Source: a bacterium (lineage in GTDB: Bacteria; Zhuqueibacterota; Zhuqueibacteria; Residuimicrobiales; Krinioviventaceae). From it: a stretch of DNA of 64,000 nt. Shown piece after piece: positions 17,318 through 29,571 of this stretch. Both the position numbers and the translations under genes were made by a program. The DNA lies in NCBI GenBank assembly GCA_963674595.2, contig CAXXFV010000023.1:1-64000 (forward strand), written 5' to 3'. Position 1 is the stretch's first letter. The number at the start of each line of letters is the position of its first letter. The notes below the pieces were generated by a model, which was not told the origin of the DNA, ran no database searches, and worked only from the letters and a program-made list of their open reading frames with translations.

Positions 17318-19627
17318 ATGATGAGAGTTTGGGCCGTTTTTCTGTTATTTTTATCCTTTTTATTTTGTGATAAATCTGCCACTGTTCATTTTTCCGAGTT
17401 TGTTAAAACCGATTTTTCTCAGCATGATTTGATTTATAAAGAACCGGTAACACGGTGGGATGAAGCCCTGCCCCTGGGCAACGGATTAATGGGCGTTCTA
17501 GTGTGGGGTGATGGAAATCCGCTAAAACTTTCTCTGGATAGGGCGGATTTATGGGATTTAAGACCCGTTAAAGAGTGGGAATCCCCGGATTATTCCTATC
17601 AGGTTATGCGCCAATGGGTTAAAGAGGGCCGCAAAGATGATCTTTATAACCTTTATGAAAAACCCTATTCGAAAAATGCCGGACCAACAAAAATACCTGC
17701 CGCACGTATTCAGATTACAGTCCCTTCTGCTAAAGTCAGTACAAGTCGATTAGCCTTGTCATCAGCGTCTGCAAACGTCAAGTTTGATGATGGGACTGTT
17801 GTGGATGTTTTTCAACACGCTGATGAAGCTTTTGGTTTGATCAGGATTTTACCGGGTCAAAATTTTCCAGAGTTCGAACTTGTTGTCCCTGCATTTTATA
17901 AAAAAACAAGTGAGACCGAAAGTAAAAACGCCCTGGATACCGGTGATTTGGGACTGCTGGGGTATCCGGCCCCAACACTGCTTGATGATGAAAATTTTTA
18001 TGCTTTTGAACAGGAGGGATGGGGAGGATTCCGATATGCTGTTTCGTTGGAATGGAAAAAAGAAAAGGACTATATTATAGCTGCCTGGAGCATTGCTACC
18101 ACCAATGAAAGCGACAATCCCTTAAAATTGGCCCGGCAACGGACGCAAACTGCTCTGGACAAAGGTTTTAAGAAAAATTTTGATGAGCATAAAAAATGGT
18201 GGAAAAGTTTTTGGCAGGAAAGCCGAATTACTGTTCCTGATAAAACTGTTGAGCGACAATGGTATCTGGATACCTATAAGTTTGGATCGGCTGCCCGGCA
18301 CAATACGCCGCCGATTACTTTGCAGGCTGTCTGGACGGCAGATGAAGGAAAAATTCCCCCCTGGAAGGGTGACTATCACCACGATTTAAATACCCAGCTT
18401 TCCTATTGGCCTTGTTACAGCGGAAACCATTTACAGGAAGGGATGGGCTATTTGGACTGGTTATGGGAAACACTGCCGGAAGCTGAAATGTACACCCGCA
18501 ATTTTTTCGACAAACCCGGCATAAATGTTCCTATGACGGCTGATCTTAGAGGACGCCAAATCGGTGGTTGGCACCAGTATACCCACAGTGCAACAATTGC
18601 CGCGTGGCTGGCACAACATTTTTATCTGCATTGGCGCTTTAGTCAGGATAGACAATTTTTGAAAGAAAGGGCTTATCCCTATATGCGGAAATCAGCCGTG
18701 TTTTTAGAATCTATGCTGGAACAAGACAAAAATGGAAAACGATATTTACCCCTAAGTTCTTCCCCGGAAATTTTTGACAATAAATTAAAAGCATGGCTGC
18801 CGCCCACTTCGAATTATGATTTGGCCTTAAGCCGCTGGCTGTTCTCTGCCGTGGCAGAATGCGCTGACGAATTAGAACTGGAAAATGATAAGGTTTATTG
18901 GGAAAATATTTTACAGGAATGTCCTGAATTGGCATTGGCTGATGATGACAACCGTTTGCTGGTTGCACCGGATTTGGAATTGCCCTTTTCTCATCGTCAT
19001 TTTTCACATTTAATGGCCATTCATCCCCTGGGTTTGGTGCGCTGGGAAAACGGACCCAAAGATCAACATATTATTAAAGCTTCATTAGACGAACTGGATC
19101 GTATGGGGACCGATTATTGGACCGGTTATAGTTTTGCCTGGCTGGCCAGTCTTGCCGCCCGAGCCAGGGACGGTGAAAAAGCTGAAAAAGCCCTGAAAAT
19201 ATTTTCCAAAGCTTTTTGCTCAAAAAATAGTTTTCATTTGAACGGCGACCAGACAAAATCCGGATACAGTAAATTCACCTATCGTCCTTTTACGCTGGAA
19301 GGCAACATGGCAGCCGCTGCCGGATTGCAGGAAATGCTTTTACAAAGTTACAGCGGTACTGTGCGTTTGTTTCCGGCTGTTCCTGCTTCGTGGAAGAACG
19401 CCGGCTTTTATCAATTAAGGGCTGAAGGAGCTTTTCTGGTATCAGCTCAGAAAAAAGACGGACATGTTATACGAGTAGCCATACAATCTGAAAAAGGCGG
19501 ATTGCTGAAACTGGAAAAACCTGAACATCCAATCCATTGGCATTTAAACAAAGTGAAAATTGTTTCTCAAACCGACGATGAAATTGTTTTTGATTGCCGA
19601 CCGGGAGGTTTAATAAACGGATATTAA
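17318..19627 (+). CDS. Glycoside hydrolase family 95-like (alpha-L-fucosidase/galactosidase type)
   Basis: WDEALPLGNG, WKGDYHHDLN, SSSPE, SHRHFSHL, FTLEGN, EMLLQS, LRAEGAF. Start placed after AGGAG. Confidence 0.87.
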   Translation: MMRVWAVFLLFLSFLFCDKSATVHFSEFVKTDFSQHDLIYKEPVTRWDEALPLGNGLMGVLVWGDGNPLKLSLDRADLWDLRPVKEWESPDYSYQVMRQWVKEGRKDDLYNLYEKPYSKNAGPTKIPAARIQITVPSAKVSTSRLALSSASANVKFDDGTVVDVFQHADEAFGLIRILPGQNFPEFELVVPAFYKKTSETESKNALDTGDLGLLGYPAPTLLDDENFYAFEQEGWGGFRYAVSLEWKKEKDYIIAAWSIATTNESDNPLKLARQRTQTALDKGFKKNFDEHKKWWKSFWQESRITVPDKTVERQWYLDTYKFGSAARHNTPPITLQAVWTADEGKIPPWKGDYHHDLNTQLSYWPCYSGNHLQEGMGYLDWLWETLPEAEMYTRNFFDKPGINVPMTADLRGRQIGGWHQYTHSATIAAWLAQHFYLHWRFSQDRQFLKERAYPYMRKSAVFLESMLEQDKNGKRYLPLSSSPEIFDNKLKAWLPPTSNYDLALSRWLFSAVAECADELELENDKVYWENILQECPELALADDDNRLLVAPDLELPFSHRHFSHLMAIHPLGLVRWENGPKDQHIIKASLDELDRMGTDYWTGYSFAWLASLAARARDGEKAEKALKIFSKAFCSKNSFHLNGDQTKSGYSKFTYRPFTLEGNMAAAAGLQEMLLQSYSGTVRLFPAVPASWKNAGFYQLRAEGAFLVSAQKKDGHVIRVAIQSEKGGLLKLEKPEHPIHWHLNKVKIVSQTDDEIVFDCRPGGLINGY

Positions 19628-19646
19628 AGTTGATTAGGAGAATTTT

Positions 19647-20987
19647 GTGTTTTTTCGAATGCTGTTTTTATCCTGTTTTCTATTTGTGTTTAATGCCGCA
19701 TCTCAGGTTCAATTATCTGATCCGGTATTACTGACGGATCAGGGAAATGACAAGGGTTCCGGGTATTCCATGCAGACTAAAATTGTTACTTGCGATGCCG
19801 GCGGTATCCGAAAGACTCATTTTGCTTATACATGTATAAATTCGTCCACATTTAAACATTGGGAAGGCATGTCGGTATGGATTGCAGCCTATAATCATTC
19901 GACAAAAGAAATCGAGAGCCATACTTTTATCGGTAATATCTTTGACAATCATGGAACCCCCTGCATGGCGGTTGATAAACAGGGTTATCTTTATATTGTT
20001 TATGGCCCGCATCACCATCCGTTTCATTATCGAAAATCCAGATTACCGAACAACAGTACCGAATGGGAAAATGAAGAAATTTTAAGCTTTATGTACGGTC
20101 GTGTTGATTCGGACACCTCCTACTGGCGTCAGGATAAAATGATTGAGAAAAATGGTGAGATGGAATGGACATATCCTGTCATCAGAGTGGATGAGGATAA
20201 TATCATTCATGTTGCCGGTTCTTTAGGGCCTGCTGTCGGTTATGTTCGAAAAATAAACAATAAATGGGAAAAACCGCGAATAATTTACAACGCTGAAAAA
20301 TCGCTGTGCCGTTATAATGTTATGATGAATATCAGTAAAAAAGGCATTGTTTATATTCTTGCGCCTGATATGGAAATATCCAAAAACGACAATAACTATT
20401 ATCAAATGAATACGGACTATTATCTGTTTAAATCAAATGATAGTGGTGAAAATTTTAATACGATGGGTAAAGTTTTTTCCGGATTTGTTCAGGGATGTGG
20501 AAATTTGAGTGTGGATGAAAATGAAAATATTCATTTTTTAGCCATGTTGCGCAATTATGAAAAACGCAGTCATCAATACCATTTTTATTATGATGGTAAA
20601 AAGTGGCATGAAAATTTGTTAACCGTTCCGGAGCGATATATTTGGGACTCTTCCATGACACTCACGAAAGACGGGACTGTTTTAATATTATCAACTGCCA
20701 ACAAAAGTGATAACCATTGGCGGCACGCTTCCAATGAAATATATCTGTTTACCGGTGTTCAGGATTCAGTGCATGGGTTTAATTTTACACATGAAAAAGT
20801 CATAGCAAAGGCGGCTGAACGAAATCACTGGCTTCCGAGTCTGGAAGAAAACCAGATTTTTTCTAATTTTGATGAAAATCAATTTTTTATCATGTGGACA
20901 GATGAGCCTGATCTAAAGGGTCAATATACAAAATTTAAACATGCTCAACTGGCCACAAAAGTATATTGTAAACTTTTTCTGAAATAA
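19647..20987 (+). CDS. Secreted BNR-repeat (BNR_4-like) beta-propeller protein
   Basis: Signal peptide; DNHGTP..VDxxGYLYIVYGPHH, WTYP, and an Asp-box-like KSNDSGENF. Confidence 0.7.
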   Translation: MFFRMLFLSCFLFVFNAASQVQLSDPVLLTDQGNDKGSGYSMQTKIVTCDAGGIRKTHFAYTCINSSTFKHWEGMSVWIAAYNHSTKEIESHTFIGNIFDNHGTPCMAVDKQGYLYIVYGPHHHPFHYRKSRLPNNSTEWENEEILSFMYGRVDSDTSYWRQDKMIEKNGEMEWTYPVIRVDEDNIIHVAGSLGPAVGYVRKINNKWEKPRIIYNAEKSLCRYNVMMNISKKGIVYILAPDMEISKNDNNYYQMNTDYYLFKSNDSGENFNTMGKVFSGFVQGCGNLSVDENENIHFLAMLRNYEKRSHQYHFYYDGKKWHENLLTVPERYIWDSSMTLTKDGTVLILSTANKSDNHWRHASNEIYLFTGVQDSVHGFNFTHEKVIAKAAERNHWLPSLEENQIFSNFDENQFFIMWTDEPDLKGQYTKFKHAQLATKVYCKLFLK

Positions 20988-21048
20988 AAATATAGTTCAC
21001 GGCGGTTACTTTTGTTGTAGAAAAAATGTTTAAAGTTAAATCGTATGT

Positions 21049-22829
<1,781 letters not shown>

Positions 22830-22848
22830 TTAACCTCCTTGTGAATTT

Positions 22849-23985
22849 TTAACCTTTTTGTAAATCGTTAATTTTATCTGTTTTTTCCCATGGGAACCCG
22901 GCTTCTGCTCTGCCAAAGTGTCCATAGGAGGCTGTTGCCTGATAAATGGGTCTTCTCAAGTCAAGCATTTCAATAATACCGGCCGGGGTCAGGTCAAAGT
23001 TTTTACGGACCAGTTTGACAATTTCTTCATCCGATGTTTTTCCTGTTCCAAAACACTCTACAAATATGGAAACCGGTTCGGCAACACCAATGGCATAGGC
23101 AAGTTCTATCTCGCATTTTTCAGCCAGACCGGATGCAACAATATTTTTTGCAATATAACGTGCGGCATAAGCGGCGGATCGGTCCACTTTCGTTGGATCT
23201 TTTCCGGAGAATGCACCGCCACCGTGACGTGCATAACCACCATAAGTATCGACGATAATTTTACGTCCTGTTAATCCTGCATCTCCCTGAGGACCGCCTG
23301 TTACAAAGCGGCCGGTAGGATTGATGTGATAGGTTGGACCGTTTGCAATAATCAGTTCCTGAGGAATAACCGGTAGAATGATCTGCTCTATCATGTCTTT
23401 TTGGATTTGTTCATTTGTTACATCGGGTTCGTGCTGAGTTGAAATAACAACAGTTTCAACCATAACCGGCTTACCGTCAACATATTTTACACTAACTTGT
23501 GATTTCCCATCCGGACGCAGGTAAGGAATAGTACCATCTTTACGTAGTGCGGCAAGTCTTTGGGTCATTTTGTGGGCCAGCATAATCGGCATCGGCATAA
23601 GTTCCGGTGTTTCGTTACAGGCAAAACCAAACATCATTCCCTGATCACCGGCGCCTGCCCGGTCTACGCCCATAGCAATGTCCGGAGATTGTTGATCAAT
23701 GGTTGTTAATACAGCACAAGTGGAATAATCAAATCCATATCTGGCATCGGTATAGCCGATATTTTTAATTGTTTCCCGTGCGATTGTGGGAATGTCAACA
23801 TAGGTTTCTGTTGTAATTTCACCACCAATGAGCGTCAAGCCTGTTGTAACAAATGTTTCACAAGCAACCCGGCCATTAGGGTCATCTTTGAAAACAGCAT
23901 CGAGCACTGCATCAGAAATCTGGTCGGCAACTTTATCAGGATGTCCTTCCGTTACTGATTCTGATGTGAAAAGCATTTCAGCCAT
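22849..23985 (-). CDS. metK: S-adenosylmethionine synthetase
   Basis: [52 protein letters not shown]. Confidence 0.98.
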   Translation of the reverse strand: MAEMLFTSESVTEGHPDKVADQISDAVLDAVFKDDPNGRVACETFVTTGLTLIGGEITTETYVDIPTIARETIKNIGYTDARYGFDYSTCAVLTTIDQQSPDIAMGVDRAGAGDQGMMFGFACNETPELMPMPIMLAHKMTQRLAALRKDGTIPYLRPDGKSQVSVKYVDGKPVMVETVVISTQHEPDVTNEQIQKDMIEQIILPVIPQELIIANGPTYHINPTGRFVTGGPQGDAGLTGRKIIVDTYGGYARHGGGAFSGKDPTKVDRSAAYAARYIAKNIVASGLAEKCEIELAYAIGVAEPVSIFVECFGTGKTSDEEIVKLVRKNFDLTPAGIIEMLDLRRPIYQATASYGHFGRAEAGFPWEKTDKINDLQKG

Positions 23986-24049
23986 ATTGTTCGTTCTCCT
24001 TTTTCTGTCAGCACAATTTTGTGTTTATTGTGTTGTGTATCTATATTAA

Positions 24050-25105
24050 TTATTCTATTTCTGCAAGTTTGCCTTTTAAAAAGTCAATGTTACTGACCGG
24101 TGTCGGATCAATATTATTTAAAAGCGCCAAATAATAACTGACAAAGTCACCATAAATTAAAAGGGACATGGTACGGCACAATCTTGATGTGCCGGTTGAT
24201 TCAAATTCGGTAATTGGTATATCGAATCTGCTGAGGATTTGTTTCGTTATATCAACTCTGGCTTTGACTCTGTCAGAGTTTAATTTATCGTTCAGAAAAA
24301 TAACATGGACTTTATCCAGTATGCCTGTCGGTGTTTCCCATCCGACAATTTCATTATGGTTCATTTCCGGTAAAAGGTTACCGAAAGCTAAAATTTTAGA
24401 GTTTTCTGAAAACTGATTTCGCCATCTTGTCGGAAGCGCCTGACTGGGTTCCATGCCACTGTAAATGATGGGTGCTTTTCCTACAATATTTTGAGCACAT
24501 ATAACTGTCGGGTTTTCAGGATTATTATAATCGGCTATATTTTTAATGATATCTTTTAAAACGGTAGTTGTCTCTTCAAAATTTTTCTTTTGGTCTTTAA
24601 TTATCGACAGTTTTTGCATGGCTACAACAGTGGCTGTAAACAGGTATGGCAGGGCCGTACGGGGAGGGCGTCCTGCAGGGACTTTAATAAGCGAGTATCC
24701 TTCTTCTTTGGCTATTTTTTCCAGCGTACCGTTCGAGGAAATACAAATCGTATGGGGTGCTTTATCTTTTACGGATTTAATCGCTGATATGGTTTCTTCT
24801 GTGTTTCCTGAATAGCTGCATACAAATAAAAGCGTATTTTTATTAACAAATTTTGGCAGGTTATATTCCTTGTTAACATAAATTGGAATGTCAATGTCCT
24901 GTGCAAATAAAGTTGCAAGCAGATCACCACCGATACCGGATCCACCCATTCCAGTTACAACAATATTATTAATTTCATGAGCAGGCTTGGCAATTTCCGC
25001 CTGCATAGCAATATCCCATGCTTCATTTAGTTGATCCGGAAAAGAGACCAACAAATCATACATGTTTGAAATATCCAGTTCTTTTAATTTAGTCAATTGA
25101 CTCAT
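24050..25105 (-). CDS. Bifunctional phosphoglucose/phosphomannose isomerase (SIS family)
   Basis: GMGGSG, SYSGNTEET, PPR, RWxNQFSENSK, PEMNHNEIVGW, DPTPV. Confidence 0.92.
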   Translation of the reverse strand: MSQLTKLKELDISNMYDLLVSFPDQLNEAWDIAMQAEIAKPAHEINNIVVTGMGGSGIGGDLLATLFAQDIDIPIYVNKEYNLPKFVNKNTLLFVCSYSGNTEETISAIKSVKDKAPHTICISSNGTLEKIAKEEGYSLIKVPAGRPPRTALPYLFTATVVAMQKLSIIKDQKKNFEETTTVLKDIIKNIADYNNPENPTVICAQNIVGKAPIIYSGMEPSQALPTRWRNQFSENSKILAFGNLLPEMNHNEIVGWETPTGILDKVHVIFLNDKLNSDRVKARVDITKQILSRFDIPITEFESTGTSRLCRTMSLLIYGDFVSYYLALLNNIDPTPVSNIDFLKGKLAEIE

Positions 25106-25128
25106 GATTTGTTCCTTGTTTTTTATAT

Positions 25129-26916
25129 TTATAATTGAAAGAGCAGATCTTTAAATTTTTTCTTGAGAATACTTTTTAAATAGTGATCTATTTCTAAAGA
25201 AGTACTGTAACTGAGGGCTCTTTCTGCCAAATTTTCACATTCTGTATAGTCAACACGACGAATAATTTCTTTAATTAATAAAAGCGAAACAGGCGATACA
25301 CTGAGTTCGTCGATTCCCAGTCCAATGAGGATCATTGTAGCATAGGGATCGCTTGCCATTTCTCCGCACATTCCTACCCAAACCCCCTTTTCGTGTCCCT
25401 TTTGGATAATATCTTTAATGATTCTTAATATAGCCGGGTTGAATTGTTGGTACAGATAGGCTATATGCTCGTTGCCGCGGTCAACAGCAAGTGAGTATTG
25501 AATCAGGTCATTTGTTCCAATGCTCAAAAAATCACATTCTTCGGCAATTAAATCTGCAATAACGGCGGCAGAAGGGACTTCTATCATTGCACCAACCGGT
25601 ATCATATCTGCAAATGATTTGCCTTCACGTTTTAATTCTGCTTTCACTTCTTCGATTACGTTGTGACAATATCTCATTTCAGAGACACAAGCAATCATTG
25701 GGAATAAAATCCGAATTTCTCCAAAAACACTTGCGCGAAAAATAGCTCTTAATTGTGTTTTAAACAGGATTTTGAATTCATCACGATATAAACGGATACC
25801 ACGAAGTCCCAGAAACGGGTTTTCCTCTTTGGGTAGTTTAAAAGAAGTCGGCAGTTTGTCACCACCAAGATCAAAAGTTCTTATAATTATAGGTTGTCCG
25901 TTTAGTTTTTTAACAATTTCAGAATATTCCTCAAATTGTTCTTCCTCTGAAGGAGGTGTTTCCCGGGCGATGTATAGATATTCGGTACGATACAAACCAA
26001 CACCATAAGCGCCCATTTTACGAACGCTTTTTGCTTCCTGTGCAAATTCTATATTTGCAGAAAGTTCAATGCTCTTTGCATCTTTGGTTAATGCCGGTAA
26101 ATTCGTTACATGCGTTAGTTTTTCTTCAAATTTTATGTAATCAGTTGATATCTGTTCGTACTTTTTTATTGTTTTATCAGTCGGATGGATAATCAGTAAT
26201 CCTTCAATTCCATCGACGATAACCGTATCTCCGGATTCAACTTGTTGACAAGCCTGATGCAGGCCCACAACAGAGGGCACTTTTAACGAACGTGCCATAA
26301 TGGCCGCATGTGATGTGCGTCCGCCAAAATCAGTCGCAAATCCAAGAACTTTATTGTGATCGAGGTTGATCGTATCCGATGGTGTAAGTTCTTTGGAAAT
26401 AATAATGCAAGGTTCCTTGAACATAGAACTTATTGATTTGGAACTACCTTGCAGAATGTTAATAACCCGTTTTTTGACGTCCCGAATATCTGCTGCTCGT
26501 TCGTTTAAATAATCATTGTCAATTTTTGCCAGAGATTTTTCAAATTGTTCCATTACCTGAAAAAAGGAATATTCAGCATTCCATTTTTCTTTGTGAATGA
26601 TTTTTTTTGTTTCACCGACAATAAGCTCATCTTCCAGCATGAGTTTATGAGTTTCAAAGATAATTGCCTGGTTTTCACCCACAGACGAGAGTGCTTTTTC
26701 ATATAAATTATTCAGCTCATGCTTTGCTTTATTTAATGCGTTATTAAAGCGGTCGATTTCCTGTTGAACATTATTTTCAGAAATGGATTTTTCTTCAACA
26801 CGAACATTATCACCACTTAGCACAAAAATTTTGGAAATGGCAAATCCCGGGGATGCAGGAATCCCTTGCAGAATAGTTTGAGTTTTTTGTTTTTTTGGAG
26901 TTGTTTCGGATAGCAT
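25129..26916 (-). CDS. ptsI: Phosphoenolpyruvate-protein phosphotransferase (PTS enzyme I)
   Basis: GGRTSHAAIMARS, GLYRTE, RTFDLGGDK, EENPFLGLRG, MIEVPSA, SIGTNDL, GMCGEMA. Confidence 0.97.
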   Translation of the reverse strand: MLSETTPKKQKTQTILQGIPASPGFAISKIFVLSGDNVRVEEKSISENNVQQEIDRFNNALNKAKHELNNLYEKALSSVGENQAIIFETHKLMLEDELIVGETKKIIHKEKWNAEYSFFQVMEQFEKSLAKIDNDYLNERAADIRDVKKRVINILQGSSKSISSMFKEPCIIISKELTPSDTINLDHNKVLGFATDFGGRTSHAAIMARSLKVPSVVGLHQACQQVESGDTVIVDGIEGLLIIHPTDKTIKKYEQISTDYIKFEEKLTHVTNLPALTKDAKSIELSANIEFAQEAKSVRKMGAYGVGLYRTEYLYIARETPPSEEEQFEEYSEIVKKLNGQPIIIRTFDLGGDKLPTSFKLPKEENPFLGLRGIRLYRDEFKILFKTQLRAIFRASVFGEIRILFPMIACVSEMRYCHNVIEEVKAELKREGKSFADMIPVGAMIEVPSAAVIADLIAEECDFLSIGTNDLIQYSLAVDRGNEHIAYLYQQFNPAILRIIKDIIQKGHEKGVWVGMCGEMASDPYATMILIGLGIDELSVSPVSLLLIKEIIRRVDYTECENLAERALSYSTSLEIDHYLKSILKKKFKDLLFQL

Positions 26917-26919
26917 TTT

Positions 26920-27189
26920 TTAATCTTCATTAAATTTCTGTCGATCAACAAGTTCTTCTATCGCTTCCATTGCAGCAAATTCGTCATCACCTTCTATGCG
27001 TACCTGAATTTCACTGCCAAAAGCAGCTTCCAGCATTAAAACCCCCATAATACTTTTCGCATTAACTTCATTGCCGTTTTTTGAAATATAAATAAATGAC
27101 TTAAATTTTGATGCTGTTTTTACCAGCAAACCGGCAGGTCTGGCATGAATGCCTAATTGATTTTTTATTTTAAAATTTTTTGTTATCAT
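26920..27189 (-). CDS. ptsH: Phosphocarrier protein HPr
   Basis: GIHARPA (His15) and NAKSIM (Ser46). Confidence 0.96.
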   Translation of the reverse strand: MITKNFKIKNQLGIHARPAGLLVKTASKFKSFIYISKNGNEVNAKSIMGVLMLEAAFGSEIQVRIEGDDEFAAMEAIEELVDRQKFNED

Positions 27190-27201
27190 TTGATCATCGC
27201 T

Positions 27202-27960
27202 CTAGGTTAAAATGAATAGCAATATTCTTGTCGTAAAAAGTATAAAGATTAATAACGACAGTACTTTATTGACAGGAACTTTTTTCTTCAGCATAAAATA
27301 TCCGACAACAAGTGATGTGAGAAAGGTCATAGCTGAAAAAAGGTTCTGATCCAGGCTTTTTTTAAAAAAGATCGCTACAATGATGCCTGTAGTGATTAAA
27401 CCACCAATAGACATGATAGAGAACCATTTTTGGTAACGCTTTAATGCCAGGTATTCTATTATATTGAAACCTTTTTCAAAACCTAATAGAGTTCCTTTTA
27501 TTCGGACACACAAGTGTGGTATGTTATATACCAGCAAAAACACAGGGATGGCGAATAAACCAATGGTCAGCCCGAGAAAAACTCCGATGGCTGCGGAAAA
27601 GGGTTTTAGGCCATTCCAGAATAATTTATCGCCAACTACCCCCAGTGGTCCTATAAGGCGTTCTTTAAATACTTCAATTGATGCCGTATCGTTCCATTTT
27701 TTTTCTTTAGCATCATTTTCCAGTTTTGCAACTGCACCGAGACATAGGTTGGCAAAATAGGGGTGTGAGTTGAAATAAACAAGATGCCTGTGTAAGAGCG
27801 CCTGTTTTTCCTGTTCATTTTCGCAAAGTTTATCTACAATGGGGAGAATTCCGTAACAAAATCCCAGGCCTATTAATGCTTTAAAACTCCAGGAACCTTG
27901 AATGAAAATACTGTTCAGGATAATTTTATAGAGTTGGAGTTTTGTTATTTTTGTGTCCAT
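27202..27960 (-). CDS. PTS mannose/fructose/sorbose family IID component
   Basis: QGSW...GFCY, YFNSHP, GPLGVVGDKLFW, YNIPH. Confidence 0.85.
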   Translation of the reverse strand: MDTKITKLQLYKIILNSIFIQGSWSFKALIGLGFCYGILPIVDKLCENEQEKQALLHRHLVYFNSHPYFANLCLGAVAKLENDAKEKKWNDTASIEVFKERLIGPLGVVGDKLFWNGLKPFSAAIGVFLGLTIGLFAIPVFLLVYNIPHLCVRIKGTLLGFEKGFNIIEYLALKRYQKWFSIMSIGGLITTGIIVAIFFKKSLDQNLFSAMTFLTSLVVGYFMLKKKVPVNKVLSLLIFILFTTRILLFILT

Positions 27961-27967
27961 GTTTTGT

Positions 27968-28654
27968 TTATAAGAAAAATATTAAAAAGCCGATTATTAA
28001 ACTGGGTAAAATTAACCATCGGTGCTTGTTTTGTTGATAAAAGATTGTTAATAATACGGCACATCCTATTCCTGTAAAAATACTTGTAATAGGCTCAAAA
28101 ATTTTATCATACTCTGCCGGTAAAAAGACAAGTAAATTGGGAATAAGATAGTAAACACAAACAAATGTTGTGATTCCTGTTAGAAAAAATCCAATCAGAA
28201 AAGAAAATAAAACACCGGTCATGTGAGCGCGTATAATGCTCGTTTGTGTTAACTTTTTTTGATACAGTAATTTTTCAAAAATATTTCCGTTTAAATGCCG
28301 CATGATAATAACAAGCCGTCCGCCGAAAAAACTGATTAAAATGGCTATTATCAAACTCAGGGCGACAACCGGAATAGCTCTTTGCGTTTGTTCTGTGGCA
28401 ATTAATGCGATTGCGGCTGCGGTCGTTGCTCCCACATTTCCTTCAGAAATGTGGGCTGCACCAATCGGCAGCTCATTTAACCAAACAAGTTCCATTAAAA
28501 TACCCATACTGAAAGCAAGAGGTATATTGCCCAGAACCAGGCCTAACAGCGTGCAGGATACCAGTGGATGTGAAATAAGGCACTGTGCTGCTGCTGTCGT
28601 ATCGAGGGATACAATACCTCCCCAGATACTGATTATTAATAAATCAAGCCACAT
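27968..28654 (-). CDS. PTS mannose/fructose/sorbose family IIC component
   Basis: SHPLV, G.LMELVWL..LPIGAA; multi-TM; adjacent to IID. Confidence 0.83.
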   Translation of the reverse strand: MWLDLLIISIWGGIVSLDTTAAAQCLISHPLVSCTLLGLVLGNIPLAFSMGILMELVWLNELPIGAAHISEGNVGATTAAAIALIATEQTQRAIPVVALSLIIAILISFFGGRLVIIMRHLNGNIFEKLLYQKKLTQTSIIRAHMTGVLFSFLIGFFLTGITTFVCVYYLIPNLLVFLPAEYDKIFEPITSIFTGIGCAVLLTIFYQQNKHRWLILPSLIIGFLIFFL

Positions 28655-28807
28655 TAAATCTCCCGCATTAAAGATTTATATTTTAAGTAATTATTTCCTA
28701 ATAATCAATAAAAAATATAAATGTAAAGTCAGCATCTATTGGATCATGCGGGTTTGCGCTGTTGACCAGGTTTAATGGTTTTTAAGAATAAGCCCCAGGG
28801 TGATATT

Positions 28808-29554
28808 TTAACCGGCATTAATTAATGAAACGCCGGAGCTTGTACCTATTCTATTTGCACCGGCCTGAATTAAAGACAATGCCGTTTGAACGTCTTTTAT
28901 GCCTCCGGATGCCTTTATGCCCATATTTGGACCAACGATTTGGCGTAAAAGTTTTATATCCTCAATGGTTGCCCCGGCGCTGGAAAAACCTGTTGATGTT
29001 TTTATATAGTGAGCGCCGGCCTGTTTTGCTATAGTACAGACAATGATTTTTTGTTCATCAGATAACAGGCAGGTTTCAATAATGACTTTAACTATTGCAG
29101 TACCGGCAGCTTCCACAATGCGGTGTACATCATTATAAACACCTGTCAGATCACCGGATAAAAGTTTGCCAATATTTACGACCATGTCTATTTCCGATGC
29201 ACCGTCAGAAATCGCCCGTTTTGTCTCTTCCACCTTAATACATGTGGTGTTTGCCCCAAGAGGGAAACCAACTACGGAACAAATTTTTGCCTTTGCGCCT
29301 AGTGTTTCGGAACACAATTTCACCCAACATGGATTTACGCAAACGGAAGCGAATTTATATTTTTCTGCTTCCCTGCACAGGTTTATAATATCCTGGCGGT
29401 TTGCATCCGGCTTTAAAAGTGTGTGGTCAATAAACGGAGCCAGGTCTTTTGCGCCAGATGGATTCTTTTTGTTGAATGTATTGCTGGTTTGCGACTGGTT
29501 TTGCAGTTCAAATATTACTTTTTCTACAATTTTTTTTATGTCTGATTCTTGCAT
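28808..29554 (-). CDS. deoC: Deoxyribose-phosphate aldolase
   Basis: IDHTLLKP, VVGFPLG, EIDMV, KVIIET, KTSTGF, KASGG, RIGTS. Confidence 0.97.
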   Translation of the reverse strand: MQESDIKKIVEKVIFELQNQSQTSNTFNKKNPSGAKDLAPFIDHTLLKPDANRQDIINLCREAEKYKFASVCVNPCWVKLCSETLGAKAKICSVVGFPLGANTTCIKVEETKRAISDGASEIDMVVNIGKLLSGDLTGVYNDVHRIVEAAGTAIVKVIIETCLLSDEQKIIVCTIAKQAGAHYIKTSTGFSSAGATIEDIKLLRQIVGPNMGIKASGGIKDVQTALSLIQAGANRIGTSSGVSLINAG

Positions 29555-29571
29555 GTATTTATAATTATCTT

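Noticed and set aside
23986-24049. SAM riboswitch upstream of metK
   Set aside because: The gap is only 64 bp and lacks SAM-I/II consensus elements; metK appears co-transcribed with upstream genes.
28655-28807. c-di-GMP-I riboswitch-like GCAAACC segment or PTS IIB remnant upstream of IIC
   Set aside because: No GNRA-capped P2 or GACGCAAAG element, and no IIB-like peptide in the frames examined.
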